Part shown: positions 21,000 through 34,078 of the stretch, piece after piece
Position numbering within the stretch: the stretch's first letter is position 1
Layout: each line of letters starts with the position of its first letter
Source: Mesotaenium endlicherianum
Lineage: Eukaryota
Reading direction: 5' to 3'
DNA length: 40,271 bases
NCBI GenBank assembly: GCA_009602735.1
Contig: WELA01002856.1
Coordinates: 252,742 to 293,012 of the forward strand
Position numbers and translations under genes: made by a program
Notes under the pieces: model-generated
What the model was told of the DNA's origin: nothing
The model's input: the letters and a program-made list of their open reading frames with translations, nothing else
Databases searched by the model: none

Positions 21000-23291
21000 T
21001 TACGCATATAGGTCAAGTCCCCAAAATGGTGCAGGATTGTTGCTCCTTGCATTCCGGTCAAGTGCCTCCACTTGCGACATTTCCTCCTTGCTCAGCTCAA
21101 AGTCGAACACATCAAAGTTCTCCTTCAATCGTGCTACTCGGTTTGATTTAGGAATGACGACAGTGTTCCGCTGTAAGCCCCACTTCAATATAACTTGTGC
21201 TGGAGTCTTGTTGTGTTTGCTGCCAATTTCCTGCACGACAATAAGTCGAGCACAACCACTTCATGAAAACCACATTATGCAAGCCAAATTTATGAAAGCT
21301 ACCAACTCCTGCAATAGGCAATGCATCAGCACAGCGCTTCCCTGCATGCATGAAGCAAGCTGTGCGGAAGCCCTGAGAGGCCAAATGATCTGCATGAATG
21401 TGTGTTTTCCGCTACTGAGGGTGTTCATGATTAGCGACTTACCTTGAGAGTCGGGTCTTCAAGAGGAGATGTGGACTTGAACCACTCAATGTTGGCCTGG
21501 CCACCTCCTAGAGGCGTATGAGCAGTGACAACAACATTGTGCTTCTGACAGAACTTGACGAGGGATGGTCGCTGGAAGTACGGATGCGTTTCAATCTGGT
21601 TCACTGCCGGCTTGATCTTGGAGTATGCCAAGCAGTCTCTTGTAAGATATATGTCATAATTGCTGCAGACACCATAAAGTTATCACTCAGTCCTGCTTCA
21701 CGATATCTCTGCTGGCCATGTTGCCCTTGCGACTGCTATTCTGCACAGAAACACATATTTACTGGCAGTGCTACAGAAGTGCAAGGATGTAGGACTGACC
21801 TGATGCCAATGCTGCGCACGAGCTGGGCATCGACAAGGGCCTCCATGTTGTGCCACGTGGACTCCAGCGAGATAGTGGTGTCAATATCCAGCACTCCATC
21901 CTCCCCCATGGCGCTGCTAGTGGTTCCAATTCCTGAAGCCAAATGGTCTCATGAGAGAATGCACCACGCACTACAGTCCAATCCCCATTATACCCCATGC
22001 TTGCATGGCCGCCAATTAGGACTAGCAAACCTGAGAAACTGAGGCATAAGTACAAGACTAATGACCTCATTGTCCACATCCAAGTGGGGGCAAGTACACA
22101 TGGTTTAACTCAACACTACAGAACTTGCAGAACTGCCCTGGTCTGATCACGTAAAGTTTCAGACCACCATATTCTACAACAAGAATTTAGAAAGGCAAAT
22201 AAGAGCATGTCGGCGTAAAGTACCTGTGTGGCGGGTGGCAATAGGAAAATGAATCAGGTATAAATCAAGATACTCAATTTGCAAGTTCCGTAGACTATCT
22301 TCGCAAGCCTCTCGGACGTGGCCATGGTCTGAGTTCCACAGCTGCCCTTGTCAAAAGTCATGACAGCCATCAAACAGTCTCCGTGGTGAGATTCTGCGAG
22401 CAGGGCCTGGCAGCCCGTGAACACCATGTGAAAGAGCAAACACAACATGGAAGAGCGTAAAAAGTTGCACGGAACTTAGTTCTTGACTGCAGCAGAAGAT
22501 CCTGAGTCTGCCTTGCCTTACTTGGCCTCTGACTGCAGCACCGCAGAATGTTCATAGTGGAAATAAATATCGTAAAATATTGCATGTAGTCAGGAAAGAA
22601 CGGACCTTGGTCGTTATGAACAAGTCCTTGCGCTCAACCAGGCCTTCATTGATGGCCTCAGAGAGTGCTTGGCCCACCTCTTTCTCATTGCCGTAATCAG
22701 CTGCACAAGCAACGCATACGCATTTTTGAGAACCTGCACCTTGTCTCAAGTGTCTTCAACCCACATTATTGAACTTATAGAAGTGAAGTGGCATGAATTT
22801 GACTACATTGGTGAGAACAAGGTCTGATTGACGAACCAAGGAACACAAAAGCATCAGCAATACAGCTCCAGACACAGGCACACATTAATATTATCTTCTG
22901 TTTCAAAGTTTATCGACTACAATGAGCCTTGCAATATTGAGAGCAGAACATATACATGCATCAGATAGCACAGACCATCAGTATACTTTATGACTGAAAC
23001 TGAAAATAATCGAGCATCTTACTTGCACCTCTGCTTAAAACTACCGGACAATATAGGACTTTAATTTTGATCTACACATCAGAAAGCGAAGTTCTCGGAG
23101 CGAGACTAAGAGCAGCCGAGCAAAAAAGGCGAATAAAAATGACCTGCACAATCGAAATGGCGATAGCCAGCTCTAATCGCTTCCTTGATCAAATTCACGA
23201 GAGAACCAGCCTCAGCTCGCCAGACTCCGTATCCAACGATAGGCATATGATGGCCAGAGCTCAACTCAACAGAAGGAACCTGGGCAGCCAT
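21000..23291 (-). CDS. Aldo-keto reductase, sorbitol-6-phosphate dehydrogenase / mannose-6-phosphate reductase-like (6 exons)
   Basis: Exons 23291-23144, 22700-22606, 22341-22224, 21932-21800, 21662-21443 and 21230-21000. Motifs [55 protein letters not shown] and C-terminal FWGLDLYA. Confidence 0.93.
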
Positions 23292-23752
23292 TATTCGGGC
23301 GTGTTGCAAAAGAGTGCTTTCTTTTCGAGCTCGCTTGTCTCGAAGAGCGGAAGTTGCACTACACTTTCCCGACTGTCGTCCACTGCAGAGCTCGTATTGT
23401 CTAGGCAACACACAGTGACATAGCCTTTACTTGAAATTGGGACTGTACTCTTGGCCACCCTTGGCTGGGTGCATTCGACCGAGTGGCATGCATGAAGACT
23501 AGAGCAGGCCAGCCTGCAGTCTCGTGACTCTCGTCCAACCACGACCAACTGCGTTTCACCCCCCCAAGTCACCCAACGTCCGACACTTCAGCTTCTCATG
23601 AGCGCGCAGCACAGTGCCTCCTGGTGCCTCCTGCCAAACGTGTCGACGTTCTGTTAGCACGGCCCATATCTCAATCGCTTTTCTGTACGCTCTAAAGCTC
23701 ATTTGCAATTTCCCCTTCCACTGAGAACCGCTACATACACGTTGCTTAAAAC

Positions 23753-25949
23753 ATGGCGTCCGTCTCTTGCTCCTTTTTCAAACCTCGCGCGTGCTTTCTA
23801 GGTACTTGTTCGTCTGGTTTAAAGAGATCAAACAAATTTGAGGTATCAATATTCAACAGGACCAAACATGCTCACGAGGCTCTTGACCTCCATATTTTGA
23901 ACAAGAGGAGCAGCGAGGTATTTGAATACATGCAGTGAAACCAAATTATCCCAGACTCAATGTGCACTTTTTCCTCCTTTGCATTGGGGTGCATATTGAC
24001 TGAAAGTGGATGGAGGGCGCTAGTGTCAGGTGGCAGGCACGAGAAGAAAGAGGTTCAGTACCTCAGGTGTATGTCGTTGTGAAGCTACAAGTCAGGCAGG
24101 TATTACTCTGCTGCGAACCGAGCAAAACGTGGCCTTATTGTACAATTGTAAGCAGGCGATGTGCCCTCTCAACTTTGGCTCTAGGTGGCAAATTAAACCA
24201 TGCAGAATTCAGCAGGTAGTTTCATGTAGTGTAGGACAAGTTTGGCGCCTCTTGCCGCAAACAACAGTTTTTTGGCTGGCTGGAGAACCATTATCTTGGG
24301 TGCCCTCTTCTGAATGTAGTGCCAACATTTGTGCAGCATCTGTTGCTCCAACGACTGAATGGTTTCAAAAGACTATTGAGCTGCCGCCCTACAAAAGGTG
24401 TGCGCAGCTTCTGTTTCTGCCACATCATGGATCGAACCTCTTACATTGCTACAATCATGCGCAGTCAATATCTGGTGTACTTATGCAGGACCCGTAGTTC
24501 TTCACATGAGCAAAAGTTGCAACTTTAAAGAGTCCTCCAAGTAAGGATTAGATTGAGAGAGAGACCATATCATTACGTGGGGCATAAATGAATCTTGGGG
24601 GCATAGTGCGACGGGGTAGAACCATTTGTACGTACTTTAAAGTATGTTCTGCACAATTGTACTCGTCTTACAAGTAATGACCAGTCAGCCTCGTCCACTG
24701 AAAAGGTGCCTTGTTGAATTCTAGTAGAATTAGTTTCCTGTTTGAACAAGGTACCTGTGGGCAATTTTGTACACCCCATGTTCCACTTATTGGCTTCGCC
24801 ATGCTTGTGGCATTTTTTGGTTCCAAGTGTTGATGGAAGCCAGCAGCAGAAGTGGGATGCTGGAAAGTGCACCTGTGGACCCTCTGCGGTGCTAGTCTGA
24901 GCAACCGAGGCAGGGGGGGAGGGTGTCCACGCATATTTGAGTCGGGGGTTTCATCGCATCTATGCTTTGCGCCTTCGTCGTTGCTGACAAGTGATGCTCC
25001 GCAGCAGTCTTGTGAGTCAACCAGCGGTCAGCTTGGAAATGATCGCTCGCAGTGGTCTTAATGAGCAGGGGATGCCACATCATCACATCACACATCAGCC
25101 GGGCAGTGCCTGAGCTGGCTCAGTTTCGAGTTGGCCTCGCCCACATATTTGGTATGGCCACTTGGCACCTCCCCTCCCGCCACCAGCAGGAGCAAGCAGC
25201 TGATGTGGGGCAACGGAAAGGACTGATGGTGGTGGTGGTGGCGTCAGTGCAGTGATGCACACATCGGCCAGCCTGACCATCAATGAGAACGCCAGCCCGG
25301 ACGTGCCGGCCGACATGGAGGACTCCCTCAACCGCCTGGTGCCCGAGGCACGCTCCTCCCTCCCCCTCCCCCTCCCCTCCCCCCTGCCCCCCATGCAGGC
25401 ACCTGCTCTGCTTTGCGCATGTGCCCATGTGATGTAGTCGTCGGTCTGAGTGTCTAGGATGTGTGTGCGTGTGCAGGGAGGGCACTTCAGGCACCTGGAT
25501 GAGGGCTATGATGACATGCCTGGTGAGAGGGGCAGGCAGACAGCAGCAGCCCATTCATTCTTTGGAGCGTGCATCTTGCACCCCAACGGAGCAAGCTCCT
25601 TACACAGGCGCTGGGTGGGGGTGAGGGAGAAAGGGTTGCAGCACATGTGAAGGCATCTCTGATGGGGAGCTCCCTGTCCATCCCCATTACAGCTGGCAAG
25701 CTTGGCCTGGGCATGTGGCAGGTAGGTCAATGTCTGCTTGGGGTCCCTTAAAGCGCCATTGCTGATGCCCACTTTCGTGTGGAGAAGCCTCCAGCAGTGC
25801 ATGATGTGTGCATGCGAGGTGCGAGTGCGGGTGCGGGTGCGGGGGTGCGGGTGCGGCAGGGCATATGGTTGAATGAACATCGCAATTACGGGGGCGCGCG
25901 CACGCTGTGCATCACTCTCCATGGCGAGCGCCGCACTGACGGGCGGTAG
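23753..25949 (+). CDS. yjbQ: YjbQ / UPF0047 family protein with probable organellar transit peptide (about 8 exons)
   Basis: Exons 23753-23801, 24037-24099, 24337-24397, 25069-25151, 25253-25347, 25477-25522, 25642-25721 and 25860-25949. Motifs RGCHIIT, HTSASLTINENASPDV, HLDEGYDDMPAHVKASLMG and LGMWQGIWLNEHR. The first two exons and the last stop are less certain. Confidence 0.85.
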
Positions 25950-27250
25950 GTGCTTTATGCCCCTCCTGCAGTAGTGGGGTGACCAGGACAGGTGGGCAGG
26001 TCGTCATCATATGCCACATGTGTTTCTCTGGCGGCTGATGCACGACAGCGTGCAAGGAGCTCCGCGGGGCAAGCTCAAGGTGCATGAGCAGACGATTAAG
26101 CATCTCAAATGTTGCGCTCATGCACAGCCACGTTTTGCGTTGCCATGGTGGTGAACCGGGCTTATGCAGAAGCTACAGGTGACGAGTGCACGTCGCACGG
26201 CCTGCTGCATCTGTGTACCTCTGCCCATTTGCCTTCCTTGTGCAATGGGGCGTGCTGCAGTCAAAGTTTGTCATCATTGTGGATCTGGTAGTGCAATCAC
26301 TGAGGAGGTGGACGAGCAGGAGGGAGGAGCTACTACTATTTCCCGAGGGCTTTGTGCGGCTGTCTTTGTTAGTTGGTTCCAGACGCGGATATAATGTGAC
26401 TAGGTGAATGTGTAATACCTCATTAACATGTCCGCCTGTGCGTCCTTGGCTCTGGACTAGCAAAGAGCAGATCCTCTCAGAATTGCAGGCAGGTGACTTC
26501 AGAAGCTTCTTGTCCAAAAACCTCTTTGAGGCCCGATGCCTTTTATCTTACTTTGGGACTGCCTGAATGTGAAATACACAGTGTTGTGATTTGTTAAGTT
26601 CCGGAACTTTGTGTTAAGAAATCAGCATTTGCGAGCCAACTGATAAAAGGCCTGTCTGCACGATGCTTTCCCTCGTTTCTCATCTGCAATAAAGCACACA
26701 TCCTCGAGTCGTATGTACACTGTGGAGCAATGAACTCACAGAACCTTTTTCTTGCGACAATAGAAAATATGAAATTGGATCCAATGTGTACTATGTACAT
26801 GCAGGAATGACTGCATAGACATTGGCATGTATTTGTGAGTGCTTTTGTCATCTCAAGTCTGCTTCTTGTAGGAGTAAACGTGACACACTTGCGAAGAAAC
26901 AGACCATTAAGTGGCAAGCATCAGATTTTAGTGCAGTTAGGAGTTGCCACACGATTGTTGTGGCCAGGCGAGTGCATCTTAAAGAAAAATCTTATGTACT
27001 ACATGCTTCAATCTACTAGCATGCTCAAATTGACAGAACCTCTTGCACCCCTGCGCCAATAACAAAAATGTCTTTCACAGGATTTGCTGTAGGCAGTGCT
27101 TCATGCTGACTTCTTGCTTGCTATAGAGGAGGAGAGGGCGACGGGAAGAAACTTGAATTCATGCCGAAACCAATTTTGTGCACATGTCTATACGAGGAAC
27201 TGAGCTGATGCCAGGTGGAGACAGGCGATAGGCCAGAGCTGCACGCGGAG

Positions 27251-29660
27251 TCACAAGAAGCTGGTGGTGATGGCCAGATCGCGCAGGTTGGCTACAATCT
27301 GGCGCCGCGTTGTCCCAATCTGCTTGGCCATGCTCTCCTGCGTTCCCAGCTCCAGCATGTCATAGCTGCAGTCCCCCCGCAGACCCCATCCAAGTGAAGC
27401 ATCAGTCCCCTCCCTCCCTGACACACCAAGATACGGCACACCTGCTGCTGCTGCTTCTGCTGCTTTGCTGCTTCTGCTGCTTTGCTGCTTCTGCTGCTAC
27501 AGCTGGGAGGCCAAGCAGGAAGAGGGGAGAGAGCGCACTGGTGGAGCAGCTCGCAGTCGATGATGGAGTCAGGCATCCCCTGCCGCAGCTCCGCGCCGCT
27601 CTGCACCGTGCGCCGGAACGCTCGCGGGTGGAGGCCCGCCACATGCGGCACCGCATCCACCAGCCTCTTCTGCCATTCCCTCCCACAGCCGCCCCTGCCT
27701 CCATGCTCAGCTTGCCTTCCCCGGCAGGTGAGGCGAGGGCATGCATGAATGCAGGCATGCATGCACACGTGCGAGGGCAGATCACCTGAAGGTCTTGAAG
27801 GCGTCTGAAAGTGCGCTCGTCGAGGGGCGCCACCATGCTGATGCTGCCGTCCAGGCCTCCGCACAACAAGGCTACCCTTCGGGAGATGGGCCCTCCGGCG
27901 AGCGCGGGCAGCATGGCCTGGCCCACGAAAGAGGAGATGCGCACCCCCGCGTGGAAGTCGCCACGCGGCACCAGCTTCGGGCCCCTGAGGCTCTCAATCT
28001 TTGTGGGGGCATAGCCCAGGATCTGCCCGCCCACATGTTCCACATAAGCAGCAGTTTAGCAGCAGCAGCAGCAGTACCAGCAGCAGGAGGGCGACGAGGA
28101 GGAGGGGTAAGGGGGGGGGGCGTGCACGCACGCGCAGATTGCCGGAGGCATCGCAGGCAAGTAGCGACAGCATGCTGCCGTCAATGAGAAAGTCGGTGGC
28201 CAGCGTGTCCATGGGCGCAAAGTCCTTGGCCAGCATGATGAGCTGCGCGCCCTCTTCCCGCCACTGCACAAAGTAGAGGCTCTTGTGCACGTCCCCCACC
28301 AGGATGTAGTTCTTTACCTGCACCACCACGCTCACGCTCCCCCACCAGCACGTGTCTGCTCAGCCGCCCGCGCTTTCCTCCACCTGTCTACCATCCGCTT
28401 AGGAGACGGGGAGCACGGGAGACGTACCACGCTGAGGGTGACCACATACAGCGGGCAGTCAAAGAAGGCGATGGGATTGAGGTGCTGGCCGTTCCACGTG
28501 TGCATGTTGAGCTTGGTGCCGATGGCCACCAGCAGATACCCGGGTGCCAGGGTGGCGATGGCGGACACGGCCCCCTTGTGCTCCTTGCTGTAGACCTCCG
28601 CCACCTGCAGGACAAAAGGCTCACTCCACATCTTACGAGTCCTCGAGGGGGGGGGGGGGCTNAGGACAAAAGGCTCACTCCACATCTTACGAGTCCTCGA
28701 GGGGGGGGGGGGCTGGGGGGGCTGGGGAGAGGCATATGAGAGAGGGGGCGTACGAGTTGAGAGGAGTCGTCCACTGCAGAGGAGGCGATGGAGAAGAGGA
28801 CGATGCGGCCGCGGCACGCCACGTCTTCGCCCGCCACAAACGCCGTGCCCATGACCAGCAGCACCTCGCTCGCGCCTGACTGCGTGTTCTGCGCCCTCAC
28901 CCCCCAACCGCGTGAGAGAGGCAGGAAGGGACTGGCGCTGCCCTGCAAGCATACGGTGACGACGATGACGATGCAGAAGTGCCCCCCATTGCAGAGCGTA
29001 CTTGAAGGGTGACGACTTTGAGGCAGAGGCCGTTCTCCAGAAGATGGAGCGGCACAGCGGCCGCCTTCGCCACCTCCCAGCACGCGGAGGAGGAGGAGGA
29101 GGAGGAAGAGCGCGCGTTGCTGCCCATGCCACCGCTATTCTCCTCACCCTCGAGGGCAGCTGCGGACGGCGGGAGGACCACCCGCAGCTCAAAGTCATCC
29201 ACCCACACTTTAGGGCCCTCGCCCTCGCCCACCCCCTCCCCCTCCCCCTCCTCCTCCTTGAGGTGGTCGGAGGGGGGCTTGCTGTCCTCCTGCTGCTGCT
29301 GCTGCGCTTGCTCGCCGCCTGCTGCCGCCAGCAGCTGTGATGAATGTCGCTGCACCTGAACCACCACCAGCGGCAGCAGCAAGCAGTCAGCCAGTGGCAC
29401 CCCTCCTCTCCCTGGGTTGCTGCCGGGCGGGAGAAGGAAGGTGAAGGTTGTACTCACAGCAGTGGAGGCGATGACAAACAAGAGCCCCGCCTGCGGGGCA
29501 TGTGCGATGGCATGCACCGTTGCGCCCATTGCCACCTGCCCTTTCCCAACAGCCCTCCCCTTAGTGTTGCTCTTTCAAAAACACAGAGCATATGAAATCC
29601 CCCTTGTGCCCTCCTGGCTCCATCCCTTTCTCTCCCTATCCCTCACACACACACAAATGA

Positions 29661-29739
<79 letters not shown>

Positions 29740-32700
29740 NGCTGTCGTAGTTGAAGAGGGCAGGCATCTGACTGATCTTCAGGACCCCCTGCTCACCTCT
29801 TGCCACCAGAGGATGAGATCAGGTCAAGCCAGGTCAGGCCAGGTACCCACAGCACTCCAATGGAAGCGGTGGCAAGAGCGCACCTGAGCAGTGACCTGGA
29901 TGAAGCCGTGGGTGCAGTTGGTGTTGTGCAGCGCTGCAAACGCTGTCACGTGCCCATCGCACAACTGTGCCATGCCCCCCCCTTTTCCCATGTCAGCCTG
30001 GAGGACCAACACCCATCAGCAGCAGAAGCGGCAGCAGCTGCCCCACTAGTACTTGCCTGGGGGTGGGCGCGGGGGCGATGGTGGCGGTGCAGCAGAATCC
30101 AGAGGGGGCGTGTGCCCGCCACAAACACGCCCTTCAGCCGCCCGCCCACGTTGCTGAACACCGTCATGCGCTTCTGCTTCGCCGTTGTCTTTGCACTGCC
30201 GTCATCCCCCTCCTCCTTCCCTACCTTCTGCTGCGGCTGCTGCTGCTGCTGCTCCTGGGGCAACGCGCCCACCCACTCCAAGGGCCTCCGTGCAAAGCGC
30301 ACCCCCGCAAGGCTCCTCCTCGCCCTCCTGCCCCCCCCCTGCGGCTCCTCCTCCCAACGGAAGGAGAAGGCGGAGTAGCAGAGGATGCGAGCGTCGCTCA
30401 TGATGGCCACCACCACCGCGCGCCCCTGCCTCCTCCTCCTCCTCCTGCCGCTACTGCTGCTGCTGGGGGGTCCGGAGCTGTGCTGCATCACGCAAATCTC
30501 CACCGCGTGTGCTCCTGCTGCTCCTCCTCCTCCTCCTCCTCCTGCTGCTGCTGCTGCTGCTGCTGCTGATCCATCCTCATCTTCATCATCATCATCGCCG
30601 TCCTTGTTGTCGCCGTGGGCATCTACAAGAACCCGGGGCCCCTGCCCAAAGGTGGGAGAGCGAAACGCGCAGCGGAAGGAGGGCAGCGCATACATCTCCA
30701 GCTGCCCCTTCTGCCGCCCCACCACACACACCACCCCTGCCGCTGACTCCTGCTCCTTCTCCTCCTCCTCCTTTCTGGCGCTGCTGCTGCTGCGCTTCCC
30801 TGCTGCTGCTGCCTGCGAAGCCTCCGGCAAGGAGAAGCTGCGGGAGGAGTCGGCGTACAAGCTGCTCGCCGTCACGGGGTTGCCTCCGAGGCCAGGGATG
30901 GACGGCTCCGCCATGGCCAGCTGCATGCTGCCCGCATCTGTCATTCCTAACCCCCCCCCCCCCCCCCCCCCCCCCCCNNNNNNNNNNNNNNNNNNNNNNN
31001 NNNNNNNNNNNNNNNNNNNNNNNNNNNNNNNNNNNNNNNNNNNNNNNNNNNNNNNNNNNNNNNNNNNNNNNNNNNNNNNNNNNNNNNNNNNNNNNNNNNN
31101 CCCCCCCCCCCCCCCCAACTCCGATTCCCACATGAGAAAGACGTACTTGTACCCATCGTCACCACTACCTCACCTCCGCCGGTAGCATACACACACGCGC
31201 TGCACATGAACCCCCAGTGCCTCAGCTACAACATGCGGACCTGCGTGCAGCAGGCGCAGAGAGCCGTCGGAGAGCGTGAGCAGCACATAGGGGTCGCAGA
31301 TGTCCGCTGCCGCAACGCTGACAGAGCCGGAGCCGGAGCCGAGGAGCAGCTCCTGCGTCATGGCGGCGCCGTCCAGCAGCCGCACCCCTCCCGCGTACAC
31401 CTGTACCACTCGTCGCCTGCACAGCCAGCCCATCGTCAACCAGCAGCAGCAGCAGCAGCACTGCACATGCTTGACGCAGCAACTACCCAGCCACGTAGGG
31501 GATGTCCACAACTGCGATCCATGCCAGCAAGTGCATGCCTTCCCGGCCACCCACCGCTGGAAGAGGTTGGCGGCGGCGAGGGTGGGGCCGGCCACGTAGA
31601 ATTGCACGGCCTCCGTCACCTCGCCCAGCGTCTCGCCCGTCTCCAGCACCTGCGCCCCCGGCCCTCAGCCCCTCAGCCCGTCTTTCTCTCCCTTGTGCTG
31701 CTGCTGCTGCTGCTGCTGCTGCTGACAGAGGGGGAGGAGGGAGGAGGAAGAAGGGAGGGGGAGGAGCACTGGCAGTCGTGTGTCTCTCACCATGGTGCGG
31801 CTGTGGAGGCTGAGAATGAGGTACGCATGGAACTCCTCTTCCTCCTCCTCCTCCTCCTCATCCCCCTGCTGCTGCTGTTGCTGGTGCGCCTCCTGGCGGT
31901 GATACACGGTCCAGGCGCCAGAGCAGCCGGGGAGGTCCACCTGCGTGATGACGTCGGGCCGCAGGGAGCGCTGCAGCACAGCCAGGGCGCCGCTCTTGCC
32001 GTGCCCGCAGGCCGCCACCAGCTCATGGGCGTGGGGGCGCACCAGCATGTCGCGGATGGGCGCCAAGTTGACCAGCGAGTCGCGCACGGCAAACGCCCAC
32101 GCCCTGCTCTGCGCCCCCCCCACCTCATCAACCGCGCCCGCTATCATGCTGGTGCTCACTCACTCTCTCCCTCTCTCTTTCTCTCTCTCTCTCTGGCTCG
32201 CTCCCAATAAGGTGGTGCATGGCAGCAGTTTGTCGGGGAGAAAGGGTTGGCAGTACCTGCACAGAGAGCGAGAGGGGGATGGTGGGCGACCATGACGCGG
32301 CCGATGCGTACAGGGACGACAGCGCCTCCTCCTCCTCCTCGCTTGCTTCCACTTCCGCTTCCGCTTCCGCTTCCGGGATCCCGACAGCGTCGAGCGATGG
32401 TGCTGCCGGTTCCAGCTTCAGCCGCTTCCTACTGCTGCCACTGGGTGTCTCGTCACCCCCCTGCAGGCCAGGCGGGGAAGAGCACTCGCTTCGCCATCTG
32501 ACTGGCTGACTGGCTGGCTGGCTGGCTGGCTAACCGGCCAATGCCTCCAGTGCAGAAACAGCAGGAAAGAGGGGGGCACAAGCAACGAAACGTGGTGCAC
32601 ATCACAAAGAGACACACACGCACACATAGAGAGAACGAGAGAGAGAGAGAAGAGAGCCAACCTGTTGAGAGTCAGACAACGGCCCAGTGCCCCTCCCCCC

Positions 32701-34031
32701 TCCGGGGGCGTATTGCACCAGCAGGCTGTCACCCGCACGGCTGGCCAGGAAGAAGAAGGCGGGGCCCACGCTGCAGATGCCGCTGGCCCGCACGGCCTCG
32801 CGCGCCGCCGACAGCCCCAGCTTCTGCACCGTCCTGCTCCCCCCCCCCCCCACTCAGCCAGAGAGATCGAGATGTGGGCGCGGCCAGCCTGCACGTGTGC
32901 ATGCACGTTCAAGCACGCACCGCGTCCCTCCCTGGCGTGTGTGTGTGCGTGTGCGTGCGCCTCACCTGCCGTCAAAGGAGAGGGAGAGGAGGAACAGGTG
33001 GCCGGTCTTGGAGGCCAGCAGGGCCATGGAGGGTGCCACCCACATGATGTGGGCGGCGTCCATGTCCACGTCCACTTTAGAGCGCGGTAGCGGCGGGCTG
33101 CCCTCCGGCGTGACCGCGTACTCGTTCAGCGCCAGCCCGCACGGCGCCGCCGCCTGGCTGCAGTAGTGCAGCGAGTGTGCGGCCAGCACCAGCACCCCCC
33201 CGATGGGTGCCGGCACGGCCGATATCCGATACGCGTCGTATGGGAGCTCCTGCACGCCCCCATCCCCCCACCCCCTCCCCTGCCACGTCAAATTGCTGCA
33301 GTGCATGGGAGGGCAGGGCCTGACAAGATGCTGGGTTTGGGACTCAGGCTCACGGGCAGGGCAGGGCAGGGCAGGGTAGGGCAGGGGCGGGGGAGGCGTA
33401 CAGAGGTGGACCAGAGCACGGGGTGCTGGCGCAGGGAGAGGTTGAGCGACAGCGCCGTCACGCGCATGGTGAAGCGGCGCAGCGCAGCGCGGCCCGCCCA
33501 CGTGGGCTCGCCCTCCTGGTGCAGCAGCGCCAGCACGGGCTCCGTGTAGCCGTGCAGGAACGCGCTGTCCTTCACCACCACGCCCCCGCGCACGCCCAGC
33601 GCCGCCTGCACGTCCACCGCGTACGACCCGCCCTCCAGCTTGGCAGCACCTCCACCTCCTCCTCCTCCTTCGTTGTCCTCTCCCATGATGCCGTACCCGG
33701 GCTGCTCCATCTCCGCAGAGCAGGGCAGGGACAGATGGGGGTCATTAAGAACGATGCTGAGCGGGCGGGCGGGCGCGCGGGCAGGCAGGGAGAAAAGAGT
33801 TACTGGTGCGAGTGGGTGCCTACCTCCGCAGCTTTGAAGAGCACCAGGTAACAGTCAAAGAGCAGGACAGCCGCACAGCGGCCGACAGGGTCGGTGCAGG
33901 CAATGGGCGCGCTGGCATATCGCGTGCGCCCCTTCTTCAGGCGCTGCCATTCCTCGCCCTCCATGAAGTGCATGGAGCTGCACCCCTCCTCCCCTCCCAC
34001 CCTCAGTGCTGCCCTCCAAGCAGACAGCGTG

Positions 34032-34078
<47 letters not shown>

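Noticed and set aside
28609..28713. About 50-bp tandem duplication in a CPSF160 intron
   Set aside because: Copies flank the n at 28662 next to a poly-G run, so a scaffolding artefact is likely.
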